This document shows, piece by piece, positions 33,901-46,371 of a stretch of 64,000 bases of DNA; within the stretch, counting starts at the first letter, position 1, and each line of letters begins with the position of its first letter. A program made the translations under genes and the position numbers. The DNA is from Haliotis rufescens (lineage: Eukaryota). The stretch is taken from contig NW_025964372.1 of assembly GCF_023055435.1 (NCBI RefSeq), positions 992,001-1,056,000 of the forward strand. Reading direction: 5' to 3'. Below the pieces are notes generated by a model. It saw nothing but the letters and a program-made list of their open reading frames with translations. It ran no database searches and was not told where the DNA came from.

Positions 33901-36900
33901 TGATCACAGGATATTAAACTTTATTTCTCCAAGAACTGTTAAAAAATATTAAAAATATAAAGCGTGCCATGTAACCAGTGTGTCGAACCATATGTGATTA
34001 TCCTTGATAATTCTATACCAGCTGCTATACGTCTGAAATAATGCTGATGCGCCGTTAAATTTTAACTCACTCACTCTATACCAAAAGGAGCTTTCTATGC
34101 ATCTGCTTTTGTATAATTCTGAGACAAGATTAAGAGAAATATTCAGATAATAATGAACAAATACATGTTCAATATTGAATATGATTATGTTTGTTTTAAA
34201 ATAGTCTAAATGCAGACATGACTGAAACTGGTGAACCAAAGCCAAAATTATCTAAACATAAATCAGCATGTGGCATTCCCAGTAATTGGCCTCTTCCAAA
34301 GTACAAAACGTGGGTAATATATGACAGGGATAATAAGAATGATTATTTTGCAAAATATGCAAAGAGTATGGTCAATCAGTTGGAAAAGATGGGAAATATA
34401 AAAATTCTTCAATGGTTTGAGGGGTTTCAGAGCCAACATCCTTAAAACACATTTATGTCATTTAAATTTGTCATCTAATGGATATTAACATATGTCACTC
34501 AAGGCAACCGGCCACGTATGTGAAGCTCTTCTTATACAGACTGGTTCTTGGAATTTTTTATTTCGGCCAATAACATAACTCGGGTTGGTTTTGTTTACCA
34601 ATGCAGAACTCCAGATAAGCTTGTGGTGTTGTGGGTATTTTACCCATACATTTTAAAATCATTGGGTATCAGTAATTCTATCTGAGTATTCAAATTTCTG
34701 TTACCAACTAGTTTTTGCACATGTGGGTATTTAAGTTAAATATTTTAAAAAAACTATTAATCTAGTCCTTGCAAACTGGTGTCGAGTGGGTTCGAGAACA
34801 TTATAGGACTCAAAAATACCACGACACTTCCACAAGAAAGTGTGATGGCAAATGATCATGATGTAACTGTCATCGTGGAGTTTGGCAAGGTTGACGGAAT
34901 GCCCGTTTATAATTTCAGAATCAGTTGCTGATTTGGTAATTGAATACACAGGGTTACTTCACAATATTTTGATGATACGCACAAGTTTTATTTTTGTAGC
35001 GTATCTGTAATGTTCGTTGCGTAATTGATACTCTTGGATTTTATTTTACTGCGTATTTCACGCAGATACGCAGGTATCTGGAGCTCTGCCAATTTTTACA
35101 AAACTTGAAACCTCCATCTTGCATCTTATATATGTTCATTTAGTTTCTGTAAATTTAATGTTGTAGTAGTTTTTCTCTTCATTTTCTGCAGAGCAAGAAA
35201 ACCAGTGCTCCCAGGAGAAGGGTGTTACCAACAATGATGAATTGAAGTAAGTTCAGTAAACTATGTTTATAATGAACACGTTAGTGAACTTACCGATATA
35301 ACAAACTTATTTTTTAATCCCGGCCATTTATTGTATATATGCTGAATATATGCTTATAATGAACTACTCATATTACAAACTAAAATTAGTGGTCCCTTTG
35401 AGTTTGTTATAACCATAGTTTACTGTACATTCATAAAAATAGTAAACAACACAAGCAAGTACCAGTACTATCTATCCATTTGCAAAATCTACATACAAAT
35501 CAACAATTTTGATACATTTTTTTTTAATGATAATACAACATTCTTTCCTTATTTGGAATACTTACATCTAGATACTTGCATGGACATTGGACATAGATGC
35601 ACAAACCTTGAACAATGATGAACATTAATGGTCTGGATAGTAAATTGTAATGTCAAGTACTTGACTTTCACTTTACAGATTTTCAAAATGTAAATAACTT
35701 AAGTATGTCCACATACATATATTCAAAGTTTAGAAGATTTTTTTTGTCTGTTATACAAAAACAAGTTAACTAAGAGGCTGCTTGACTGTTCGATTTAGCA
35801 CCTTCAGTTTAACACAACCTTCAAAATAGCAAAAAACACTGGTATGACTTCATGTGGATAAAACTTGTATTTCAGACAGACTGATTCACAGTCCAGGGTT
35901 GTGCCTTCATTTACCAAGAGGAAGAAGGTAACTGAGCCTGCACCTGAACAGTAAGCCACAGTTGGAATTTAAATGTTGTTGATTTGTAATTATGGTGATG
36001 ATCTGGGGTAGGGATGTCAAAATGCATATGTCATGTTTGGATACATATTATGATACTTGAGTCACGATACTAAATTTCCACTCTTTACAAGCTTACAAAA
36101 GGTTATGGCTTGCAAGTAGTTAGTGTTTTTCTCACATGAATATGACATCAGTTGAAACTATTACAGAGAATAGGCAAAATACATTCCTGGCAACATTCAG
36201 CATTTGCTGCACCACACATAATGTCATTAAATTCATCACTGAAATGGAAATTAATGTTTGTTATTTAATGCACACTTTATGTGTGTAAACATGCCGCAGA
36301 GCAATGCAATGGTTCTGACACTGTATATATGCTGTAAACTGTTAGTAACGTGTTTAACTTGGGATATATGGAAACAAGTCTGTAGATGATGAGCCATTTC
36401 ATGCTAGTAAACTAAAGCCTGGGCAAATGGCAATGTGTTTTTCACTAGCCCTAGTGTCTAGTCAGGTATCTCCACAGTATCTGGACAGCAACTATCTCAG
36501 TGGATGTTTTAGTTGACAGCCATTGAATCAGATGCATTCATTGATCAAGACGCATGTGGGGATTTCAGGTTAGACAGCAACCTGGAGGTGACTTTATGGA
36601 TGGGATGGTCAGGCTTGGTGACTTGGTTGATAGTATGTCAAACCAGGCATATCATTCCCAGAAAGTGGGAATGGTTGTTCATTATATTAATCACTGAAAT
36701 ATCTGATCCAGACTGGATTATTTGTAGACTGCTGTCATATTTTTATTAGCTGACTAGATCGAACAGAGTTTACTAGACTTGGGCTTCAGGCTTGTGTCTA
36801 AAGTTGTAGAGTGAAACTGATTACATACAAGGTATACTGGGAACAATATTAAAAGGGAACTCCAATATTTATTCAGAAATTAATTGTAAAGAAATGTTGT

Positions 36901-39900
36901 TGTTCAATTCAGTCTTCATAGTGAAGTCAAAATCTGGTCCATGCCCCGTGAGCATCAATATAGGCACAACATCTGAGCATACTGGATATCAAATGCTGGA
37001 TTGTCGCCCTTGGTATCCTTTGCCATTCTTCTTGTAAGCTGCAGTTGTGTTTGCAAACATAACAGCACCATTGCTCAAGATCCTTTTGGAAGAATTTCTT
37101 CAACTTATGGTAATTCAAGTGCAATGTTGTTAGTACGCAGGACACCTATAAGAAAATTTGAAAAGTCACATATCAGACCAACAGTAGGTCACTCGCACTG
37201 CCAGTGTCCCGGCTGTGCAATCAAAATGGTTCGGTTTCCTTGATCTATCAGCCGAATTTATATCATGTCCGTACCATTTTGGAAGAGTGAAATCCCCACG
37301 ATGTCTTCAGATGTTATGATAAAGCAGTAATGTGAAGATATGTGATGTCATCATTTCCGTGATCAAGTGGGCACTGTGTGATGGGATTAGCCACTCAACT
37401 AGTTGGAACAACTTCTTCTTCAGTTGGACCTTACACAGCTTCAATCATATTTCTGTCAAAAATTAGCATACAAGTGTAAACAGTATTTAGTATTTACTCA
37501 TTTTCAACTCTGATAAAGAAATTTTGGTGTTGTAGGACAGAATGCAACGACAATGGGTCTCATAATAAGAGACAGGAAGAAATTGAAGGATGTGACACTT
37601 TAGCCTTTGATAAATCACCTCTTCACACAGAAAAAGAAACAGAAGCAGAAGTGTCACATGGACATCTGGAAACAAAACCAAGAACACAAGAATCCACGTA
37701 CACAGTCAATACTGAAGTTTCCATTAGCCCCAAGGAAGAACTGCCAGAACAGGAGGATCAACACCCAGGCTGTGGCCTTACTCCTAAAACTTTGTTAAAT
37801 GAAACAGGTAGTGATCCAGCTGGATGTATAACAAATCCTCAGGTTGTGGAGGGTTCCCCAAACAAGACTGACAAAACGGCACATGTATTAGAAAATATAA
37901 TTTCTTTTGCTAATGTGGCCAAGGTAGCTGCTGACACAACAAAGGTCATGAAGCCCACTGGTGTATCATGTGGAAGTATGCCTGTCAGTGTGGAGAGATG
38001 GGGGCATGTGAAGGATGTAATGCCAGTGCCAGCATTAACTGATGAAGCAGAGAATGTTTCCTTGATTCCTTCCAAAAATATACTGAAAAGTTTAGAGCAG
38101 TGCATTGAAGATGGTAAGTCAGCTGAAACAGACGGTGACATTTTGAAGCCAAATATGGCGTCAGTAGAAAAGATGGAGGATATTCAAGCTCATGGAGAAA
38201 TGGAGGAGGCTGATCAAGGTCATACAGACCAAGGTTGTATGTCTGAACAGGTAATTTCTCTAATAAAAGTGCAAGATACGAAGCTGACAGAAACAATGGG
38301 AGCAGACATCAATCAAAATGAAGAGAACAGGAAGGGTAGAAAGTGTTTCTCGCTGACTACACATGAAGAAAGCCCAATTGATCCAATGCTTGAATCAGGC
38401 TGTGCTGAAGAGTCGGATAAGACATCTGATCCTTCATCAATGGACAAAAGCATAACAAAAAATAAAGAAGTGTACAAAGATAAATTGGTCGATCAACATA
38501 CTGAGACCAAGAAGAATTCAACGGAGATACTGCAGGGCCAGTCAGGGGTATCCAGTGAACAGGGTGAAGTTAGTGCAGATGAGATCATTCCTCCTGAGAT
38601 GGATATTGGTATTGCTGAGGAGAGAACTGCAGCAGTGAAGAACGAGGAAGCTGACATACTTGCAGGTATGTGAGTCTGATATACTTGCACACAAAAGGAA
38701 TGCCTATGCATCATCTACTTAAATGAATTAGCGAGTATGGTTTTACACCGCTTTTAGCAATATCATGGCGGGTGACACCAGAAATGGGCTTCACACATTG
38801 TACCCATGTCGGGAATCAAACCCAGGTCTTCGGTGTGACAAGCAAACACTTTAACCACTAGGCAACCGACCCCCCCTCTCTCTACTTAAATGAGGAATTT
38901 CTGACAGATGTTGGTTTGGCAGGAATTTATTAAGGAACTATGTGTCCTTGACATGCAAATTCTTTTTTTTAAGATTTTAAGATTTTTCTAAAGTTCCCAT
39001 CTTCTTAAATTCAGAGGTATTTTAACATTTATTTAACATTACATTCAATGCAATTGTAATACAGAGTAACTGATTCTTGTTCATATGCTGTATGTCAGGT
39101 TTTGTTTGAAATTTGAATTTGAAGATAGATGGTTACTAGGTTTAAAATATGCAGTCATTGATTAAGTAAGAAACAATGATTGATTAAAGTATCAATGATT
39201 AAGAATCAAATGAAAGAGAATCATTAAGAGAATTCATTCTCCACATCCTCCATGTAAAACACATTGTAGACTTGAAACAGTACCCTGCTATGCAAATACC
39301 AGGAAACACTGCAGCAGCAACAGGCCTTGGTACCCAAATGTCTTCACTTTGGGATTTTTATAATTTTGTACTTAATTCTGTTATGCCCATAAATTCCTTA
39401 AATGAAATTGCGACTTACTATGGTCAGTGGAATCTATTGAATATGGAATAACACTCAGTATTGGAAACCCATGAAGATCCAAGTTAGCATATGTCTTCCT
39501 GTTGTAAAAGGCGACTATGGTTGTCTTAAGAGGCGACTAACGGGATCGGGTGGTCAGGCTCGCTGACTTGGTATCGGGATACTTGATGCCTCGTGGGGTG
39601 CTGCGCACATGTCACAAATCAGGTGAGGCCAGATCTTTTTTTACTTGCTTTACAAATTTAATGATGGTAAATTTTGTTGAAATGTTATAAACAAACAAGA
39701 TTTTTGTTAGAAACGTAGAGAAGCTCTATGTGTTTGCAAGGATTATTTAAACTTGCGATCTGACTCCCTGCACTTGACATCTACCGGTATAAATGATGAA
39801 CTGTCATATATAATATTGCATGAGAGGGAAGGGAGGTTACTCCAAATCATTTTGCCGATCCAAGGTGTTGGCCACTCTTATGACAAATATGTTTTCCCAG

Positions 39901-40656
39901 GTTGAGGTGACTTGTTTTTTCGAAACGGAATCTAACTTTCAAAGAACTGGCAGAGGAATAAGGCACTTCAATTGTTAGTTTTATCAATGTCCTATCAATG
40001 TCCCATGTTTTTAACAAAACAATGTACACATTCAAGACGTTTTGGTTTGTGAGGGATCTTATCAGTGACCCTATTTATGATTGTACTGACAGTGCAAGAC
40101 AAGAACTCTCCGAAGTCTAAACAGTGTTCCCTCTTGATTTGTCTGGTTTGCATTGCTGAAGTGACAGCTGTGTTTCAGGCTCTCCTCCCACATTAAAGCA
40201 TTATTTATTTATACCAGCCGACCTGTAGAAGAGGAGAGGAAAAATTGAATTGCCATTTCTTTTCTTTTTCACCTACCGACGGGTAATTTCCTATAAAAAT
40301 CTGTAAAGCAAGTGAAAGAAAGTGTGGCCTGAAGTTAAGCAGCACTGGTCCCCAGAGAGAGTCTATGGCTTCAGTCCTGCCCCACACTGAAGCAAATGTA
40401 GTGCATGTGTCGTCTCCTGAGGTAAACGAAATATGCCTCTGTTCACCTAGCAGTGAATGGGTACCAGCTAGGTTGGATGAGATGGCATAGGAACTGTTAT
40501 CCTTCTAACACCTCACAAGCAGCTTGGGTAGTATACTGCCCAGGGAGATGAGAATGAAAATCAAGTGCACGCTGATCCCTCAGCCTGGGTTATATGTAGC
40601 TCTTTAACCATGCTTTAGGATGTGGATTTGGTGCGTTATAAATATGCACATTAGTG

Positions 40657-40708
<52 letters not shown>

Positions 40709-40862
40709 CAGCCTTAGAAATTGGCACTAGTCCTGTAGTCCTTACCAAACTCCCCAATAGTAAAGGTATCCTAAGGACTAGTAGAAATTGGCCCATTTTA
40801 AGAGGTTTGCTATATGTTATCATTATAAGGACCAGTGGACAAAAACTGTTAGTTTCTAACCC

Positions 40863-40898
<36 letters not shown>

Positions 40899-43570
40899 AA
40901 ATAAAACTTAACTGACTGACTCACTCACTCTTGTGTGTTGATGATGTACAGCACCAGGAAAGGATGTAGATGCGGACATGGACTTCACAGACTCCCAACT
41001 GTGTGAGGCAGTCAGTCTGGAGGAATCAGCAAAGTAAGGAAACAGTACTGAACACACATGATTGCTTTAAACTGATCTGTGAATGAACATTTCAGTGTGA
41101 AATATTCTGTGATTTTCCATTTTAATTCACTTTTAAAAGTATGAGATTGAAGTACAGGTAGGTTATTATTAGTGAGAGTATAGTTTACTGAGTGCATGAT
41201 AAACATCATAAACATATTCGAATATTGATACTGTACATTCATATTGATAAAGGCATTGGAGTTACCTCCCTTACACTTGCTGCTCTGGGCAGAGGCGAAT
41301 TTGAATTGGCAAACAATTTGAGTGTATATCAATGTAGCAGTTAATGAATTTATTAAATTACAGTCTAAGTTTCACAAAAGGCTCAGATGACAATATCTTT
41401 ACCCAGCCAGGCAGTGGAATATTGTCTCCCTGATATATTAACCGGAGACCACCAGGTGTCTGTTTGATGAACCTACAAGGAGAATGAACCCACCATTATA
41501 TAAACATATAGCTGGAATATGGAATATTGCTGAGTGTGGCATTAATAAAGACACAGACAAATATGCTTACACATGTCATTTTGAAGTTTTGTGCTCTATT
41601 TTTATTATTTGTGACTTGTTTTCTCCTCGGACATGATATCTTTGAGTTTCCCCTTAAGTTTCGTGACATCACATAACAAGATGGAGATCACTTCTAACTA
41701 TTACAGTCAACTGATGGTGCTGCAAGAAGTTCAGAAGCAACGGATGGAAGGAAGGAAGATCATCCATGATCTCATTGTAGATCTGTCATATCTGAAGTAA
41801 GGCCTGTTCAGTTAATATGTTTTAACAGGTGTAGTCACTATTGGTCAAATTCTACTCATCTTCGGACACGTAATACATAATTCTTTCAATTTATGATTAT
41901 TCAATATGTAATGTGATTTTATAATTGGATTTATACTCCCAGGGATAGGAGGTAAGTATCTTCAGTGAGATATGTTTCCTTTCAATGATATGACATTTGC
42001 GTGGGGAGATTTCCTCTTATATGTAAGAATATGAAATAACACATGCAGCTTCTATCATAAAATGCATCATGTGTGAACTCTGACTATACTGTAGCAAAGT
42101 CAATATGTGACTACAATCCTGTTTGGGGATGAATTGCAGCCCTACTCTGATTAAGGATGCGACTGTTGCATAAACCACATCGCAACTAGAAAGTAACATC
42201 TAAACCTTGCAATGCAATATCTATGCACAAGACCTCTGGGAATTTATTTTGCTTTCACCTATCTGATTTTTTGTCTGACCCTCAACAACATTCACATTCT
42301 TGCTGTTGCTACCATTTTCAGCTTCCATGTCAGATGAGCAAGGGAGTAGGCTCGTGCCTCTGGTAGTTTTGGATTTTGCATGGGTACTGTACACTGTATA
42401 AGCACCAATAAATACCAGCTCAGGTTGTTTTGAACTAATCAAACCTAATTTGGACAATACTCGTCATTGTCAATGTCTGTGTTTGACTGAGGGTGGAACA
42501 GTATTTAAGTTAAATCACAGCCTTCAGCTTAAAGTGAGTGGAAAGCATGAAGATATGCAGGTCTTAATGGTGCATGCTATTACCTGATAACTATTTGGTT
42601 TGTAAATATCCTGGGTCGGTCCGGTTGATCGTCTGGTTTGAACACGAAGCAGAAATACTTCCGGTGATGTACGAAAATGAGCAATGGCGGGAATATAAAC
42701 CTGAGAGCACAGAAACGCCAAAGGACTTTATTTGTTGGTGTAAAAAGTTTACAGTGTCACCATAGTACAGATTAACATTGGTAGCATATTGGTAAAAAGA
42801 GAATCGTTCTGTCCACGATACATATCTCAATATCATTTTTCAATGCTTGGTATTCAAGGTGATTTCAAATAGCAATATTTATCAATGTATATATATTGAA
42901 TGTTATACACTTGTCAAATACCCGGAGCGTGCATCCAGAGCCTGCATCCATGCATATTTACTGAATGAGTAAACATTGTGTTGTACCAGCATCTTGTTTT
43001 CTTCAATTTATGAAATTTGTTTCATTCACTGGTGTTTTAAATTGCTTTTGAATTCAAAATTTAGAATTATACAATATATTGTGATATATATTGCAATACA
43101 GTCTTGTGCATCATAAAATATTGTGATGCTTTAAACCTCCATTACCCATCCCTCTTGAATGATTAACACTTTGGTGAAACCCACAAGTGTGAGGATATGG
43201 TGCTGACAAACCAAGCATCATAATCAGGGCAAATCACAATCAAAAGATTCTTGCTTGCCAAAGAAACACATCGATGAATTGTGGCACCATAGACAACTGT
43301 TCAAACATTTAGTGAAATGATAATGCCACTTAATGGTATTCATTTATCAAAACGAATCTTTATAAATATTATTCAACAGCTGAAATGAATATAAAGCATC
43401 TGTTGTTCAACATGTGGTCCTCTCTTAAATGGCTTGTTTCTTTTCATTTCAGCAAACTTGTACTGCGCACAAAACGAGAGATTGAGACGGCCAGAAGAAA
43501 AAGACAACCTCAGTCATGTGTACAGAATAGAGTCACTGGACAATCCTTTCAGGAACACCGGAAGTTTTGA
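30957..43570 (+). CDS. BRME1: BRME1-like (C19orf57/MEIOK21-like) protein, ~549 aa, 7 coding exons
   Basis: Exons 30957-31008, 35192-35246, 35876-35950, 37536-38665, 40952-41033, 41659-41796 and 43453-43570 are all GT-AG and phase-consistent, totalling 1650 nt. Basic N-terminus (KGRGKKRK; TKRKK), long acidic disordered middle, MDFTDSQLCEA, and C-terminal IIHDLIVDLSYLNKLVLRTKREIETARRK. The exon model is well supported; the BRME1 identity rests on recalled similarity of short motifs. Confidence 0.65.
31200..32040 (-). mobile_element. Decayed LINE fragment (endonuclease region)
   Basis: LLGNFSADHPLWG...GKLITDWLDSNNLRTLNDNEPS resembles the GDFNAHxxxWG...L.xLN...PT motif of LINE AP-endonucleases. 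Confidence 0.6.
34604..35088. mobile_element. MITE with TIR CAGA(A/G)CTCCAGATA (hAT-like)
   Basis: CAGAACTCCAGATA at 34604 and TATCTGGAGCTCTG ending at 35088. Confidence 0.7.
35254..35425. mobile_element. Tigger-like MITE (same family as 17167)
   Basis: CAGTAAACTATGTTTATAATGAAC...GTTATAACCATAGTTTACTG. Confidence 0.8.
36835..37480 (-). mobile_element. Decayed Tc1-like transposon
   Basis: LQEEWQRIPRATIQHLISSMLRCCAYIDAHGAWTRF is the typical Tc1 transposase C-terminus. Confidence 0.7.
38730..38875 (-). mobile_element. SINE family B
   Basis: Reverse complement of the family B consensus. Confidence 0.82.
40655..40897. repeat. (GTA)n microsatellite interrupted by hAT-like MITE at 40709-40864
   Basis: GTA repeats on both sides; the MITE is the reverse complement of 29378-29532. 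Confidence 0.88.
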
Positions 43571-43603
43571 TGCAGTTGTTTTACCACTACTTACGATGTG
43601 TTA

Positions 43604-43766
43604 GGGGCAGTAGGATAGCCTAGTGGTTAAAGCATTTGCTCTTCACGCCGAGGACCCACGTTCGATTCCACACATGGGTATATTGTGTGAAGTCCGTTTC
43701 TGGTGTCCCCCGACGTGATATTACTGGAATATTGCAAAAAAAGGTGTAAAAGTCACTCACTCACTC
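43604..43766 (+). mobile_element. SINE family B in the 3' UTR of the BRME1-like gene
   Basis: Family B consensus; TSD-like GATGTGTTA on both flanks. Confidence 0.85.
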
Positions 43767-44797
43767 AAGATGTGTTATGACACTATTCTTTGCATCAAAT
43801 CCACATATGCCATGTTGCCTATGTGAAACATTTCCACATTTGAAATATATACAAATATACTTATCTATTGTTTTATCATACAGTGTATTTTGAAATACAG
43901 ACTTGTTCATTTTACAGGACCATGTATGTCACCATTGGTCTAAATGGCCTTTGGCTTGTGCTCACACAACCTGTTACATAATTCCATTTTCTGAAATTGA
44001 CATTTATTTGTGTTGGTTATTTTTACTAAACACCCTTGTTTGTCTCCAAATGGATTATCAACATCTCTAAAGTCACTGGACTAACAAGACTAACCTGTCC
44101 AGCATGTTATAATATGGCAACTATGTTTGTCATGTTGAAAAACCAGGTGATGCCTTCAGTCAGCTATTTCTGAAAACATGAAAAAGAAATGTAGTATCTG
44201 AGTAGCTTGTAGTTGGAGAGTTCAATATATTGTTCTTGTTTTGAAATGTATTGAAAACTCATATTTTTTATAAAAATGAAGTTACATTTGGTATGCTGTA
44301 GTGTGGATCAGTATATTTGCAATGTGTTTACTGCATTTTGAAATTATGCTTTCATTTCATCACTAGATATTGCCGAATTGTACTCAAAATAGGTTTAAGC
44401 CTCAGCTCTGGGATTTGGCTGATCGTGTGGCATTGTACTGGTCATTGATTGGTCCAGGTTATTGTGATATCAGCTGGAAGAATACGTAAAATATCATTCA
44501 CTCCAAGAGCTCTGATTGGATTGCAGGTAAACCAGTTTCTAATGCTGGTAATACAGAGAATTGTGTGGTCAGGCTCAGTGACTTAACCTACAACTGTGTA
44601 CTATCGTGCCGAGTTGGCATTGATTGTTTGCCCTTGCTTTCAGTTGCAGATTTGTCTGGTCCAGACATAAATACACACAGTCCACCCTGATATAATTGTA
44701 TTATTGCTGATTATTAATATGATATGTTGCTCATGATATTGTGAAACATTCATTCACTCATTTTGCAGTTAAGACATTGGGGAGGCCTCATGATTAA

Positions 44798-45070
44798 AGT
44801 GAGTGAGTTAGGTTTAACACTGCTTGGAACAGTATTCTAGTTATGTCACTGTGTCAGCTTATTGTGGGAGGAAACCCCCAGTGATGCAGGTCTCAGCGTT
44901 TACCACTTTGCTGAAACCGACAAGTATAGGTATGATGCTGTCAAACCTGGAAACATTAATTGGTCGAACCGGATATTCAAAGCCACAATGATAGTTTTTC
45001 TGACGTGACCATGGGACGCAACTCTGCACAGCGAATTATGGTGCCTTAGATGACTGGGCCACCCATGCCC
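44798..45070 (-). mobile_element. SINE family A, diverged
   Basis: Reverse complement of the family A consensus with many substitutions. Confidence 0.82.
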
Positions 45071-45230
45071 AATTTGGAATTAAAGCTTCTTTGTGTTGAC
45101 CTAAGCCTACTTGCAGCAGACAGTGTTATACATGTACAGTTATATATTTTTTATTGGCATTCTATTTTGGGATCAATTGTCAATTATTAATCATGACTTG
45201 TAGCGAATCAGTGCCTTGAGTTGATGTTAT

Positions 45231-45271
45231 CCATCCATCCATCCATCCATCCATCCAAACACACACACACA

Positions 45272-45313
<42 letters not shown>
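45231..45313. repeat. (CCAT)n + (CA)n compound microsatellite
   Basis: Directly visible. Confidence 0.95.
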
Positions 45314-45314
<1 letters not shown>

Positions 45315-45875
45315 CGAGAAGTAGCTTGATAAAAATACCACAACAAATGCAATCTGATTCATGAAAGCCATATCCACAGATATTAAGCTCCACGTCCCAG
45401 TTTAAACACGTTCTCGCTGACCTCATGATTTTTAAAACGATAACAAAAGCAAGGAGAAGCTATTTTGAAAATAAAGAAACTTTGTGAAAACACAAATATT
45501 CAAAACAAATATGTCAAAATATAGATAGTAAGCACTCTATGTGAGGAAACGTTTTCGGCGATGTTTCATTTCGACCTTCATTCGAAGTAGAATGTTTTTT
45601 AACCTGAAAATAAACTGCTCCCATACGTGTGTCGGTACACATGATACATGCAGATCATTCCTTCCCAGATAACAGTAAACAGTCCCCTCGTCATTTCTAT
45701 ATATAACTAAGTACATGTACACATATATCTGCATATCGTCTTCATCAATTTGTGAAATCATTTTTGGTTTCCGCCGTCGTGAAATTACTGGAATATGTTT
45801 TCGTTAAAACAATATTCACTAGTTAAGTTAAAAATATAAAAAGTTATCAGACAACCATTCGTCGGACAAATGTGT

Positions 45876-45907
<32 letters not shown>

Positions 45908-46371
45908 CACAAAACACCTACTTCTGTTACAGTCAGACTACGCATCGGTTACAACATTCTACTCCCAGTCAGAGACCATATATGGTCTCTGTCCCAGTCA
46001 AGTTGTGTAAACATGCCTTCCTTAGTTGACCGAGATAACAGCCACACAAACATGGCATGCGTCATTGCTGTTCACACGAACTGGTTGTCGAGTGCACATA
46101 CTCAGCTTATCAACTACATGTGTCCCTGCTTGGAGATATTGTTATCATATACCACGGGTATGGCACTATGATTCATACACGTATGACAATATCGCACAGA
46201 CACAATAGCTGTCACAGTTAGAGGGTGTGCGTTGAAGTTGGTTGTGTCTCAGCTTGAGAATCACGTAAAGGTAACATGTTTGCGCGCCGTGAGTTTGCGC
46301 CAAGCGTTTGATTTCCGTTTAACGTGAGGATCAGTCACTCTATTAGTAGGCCACAGTCATTTTGGACCGCC

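Noticed and set aside
37631-37651. Acceptor CACACAG at 37630 as the start of the large exon
   Set aside because: Phase is incompatible with the preceding exon; the acceptor at 37535 gives an open, phase-consistent frame.
40590-40869. Poly-Thr / poly-Val ORFs, and the CVCV/WMDG ORFs at 45180-45426
   Set aside because: Translations of (GTA)n, (CA)n and (CCAT)n microsatellites.
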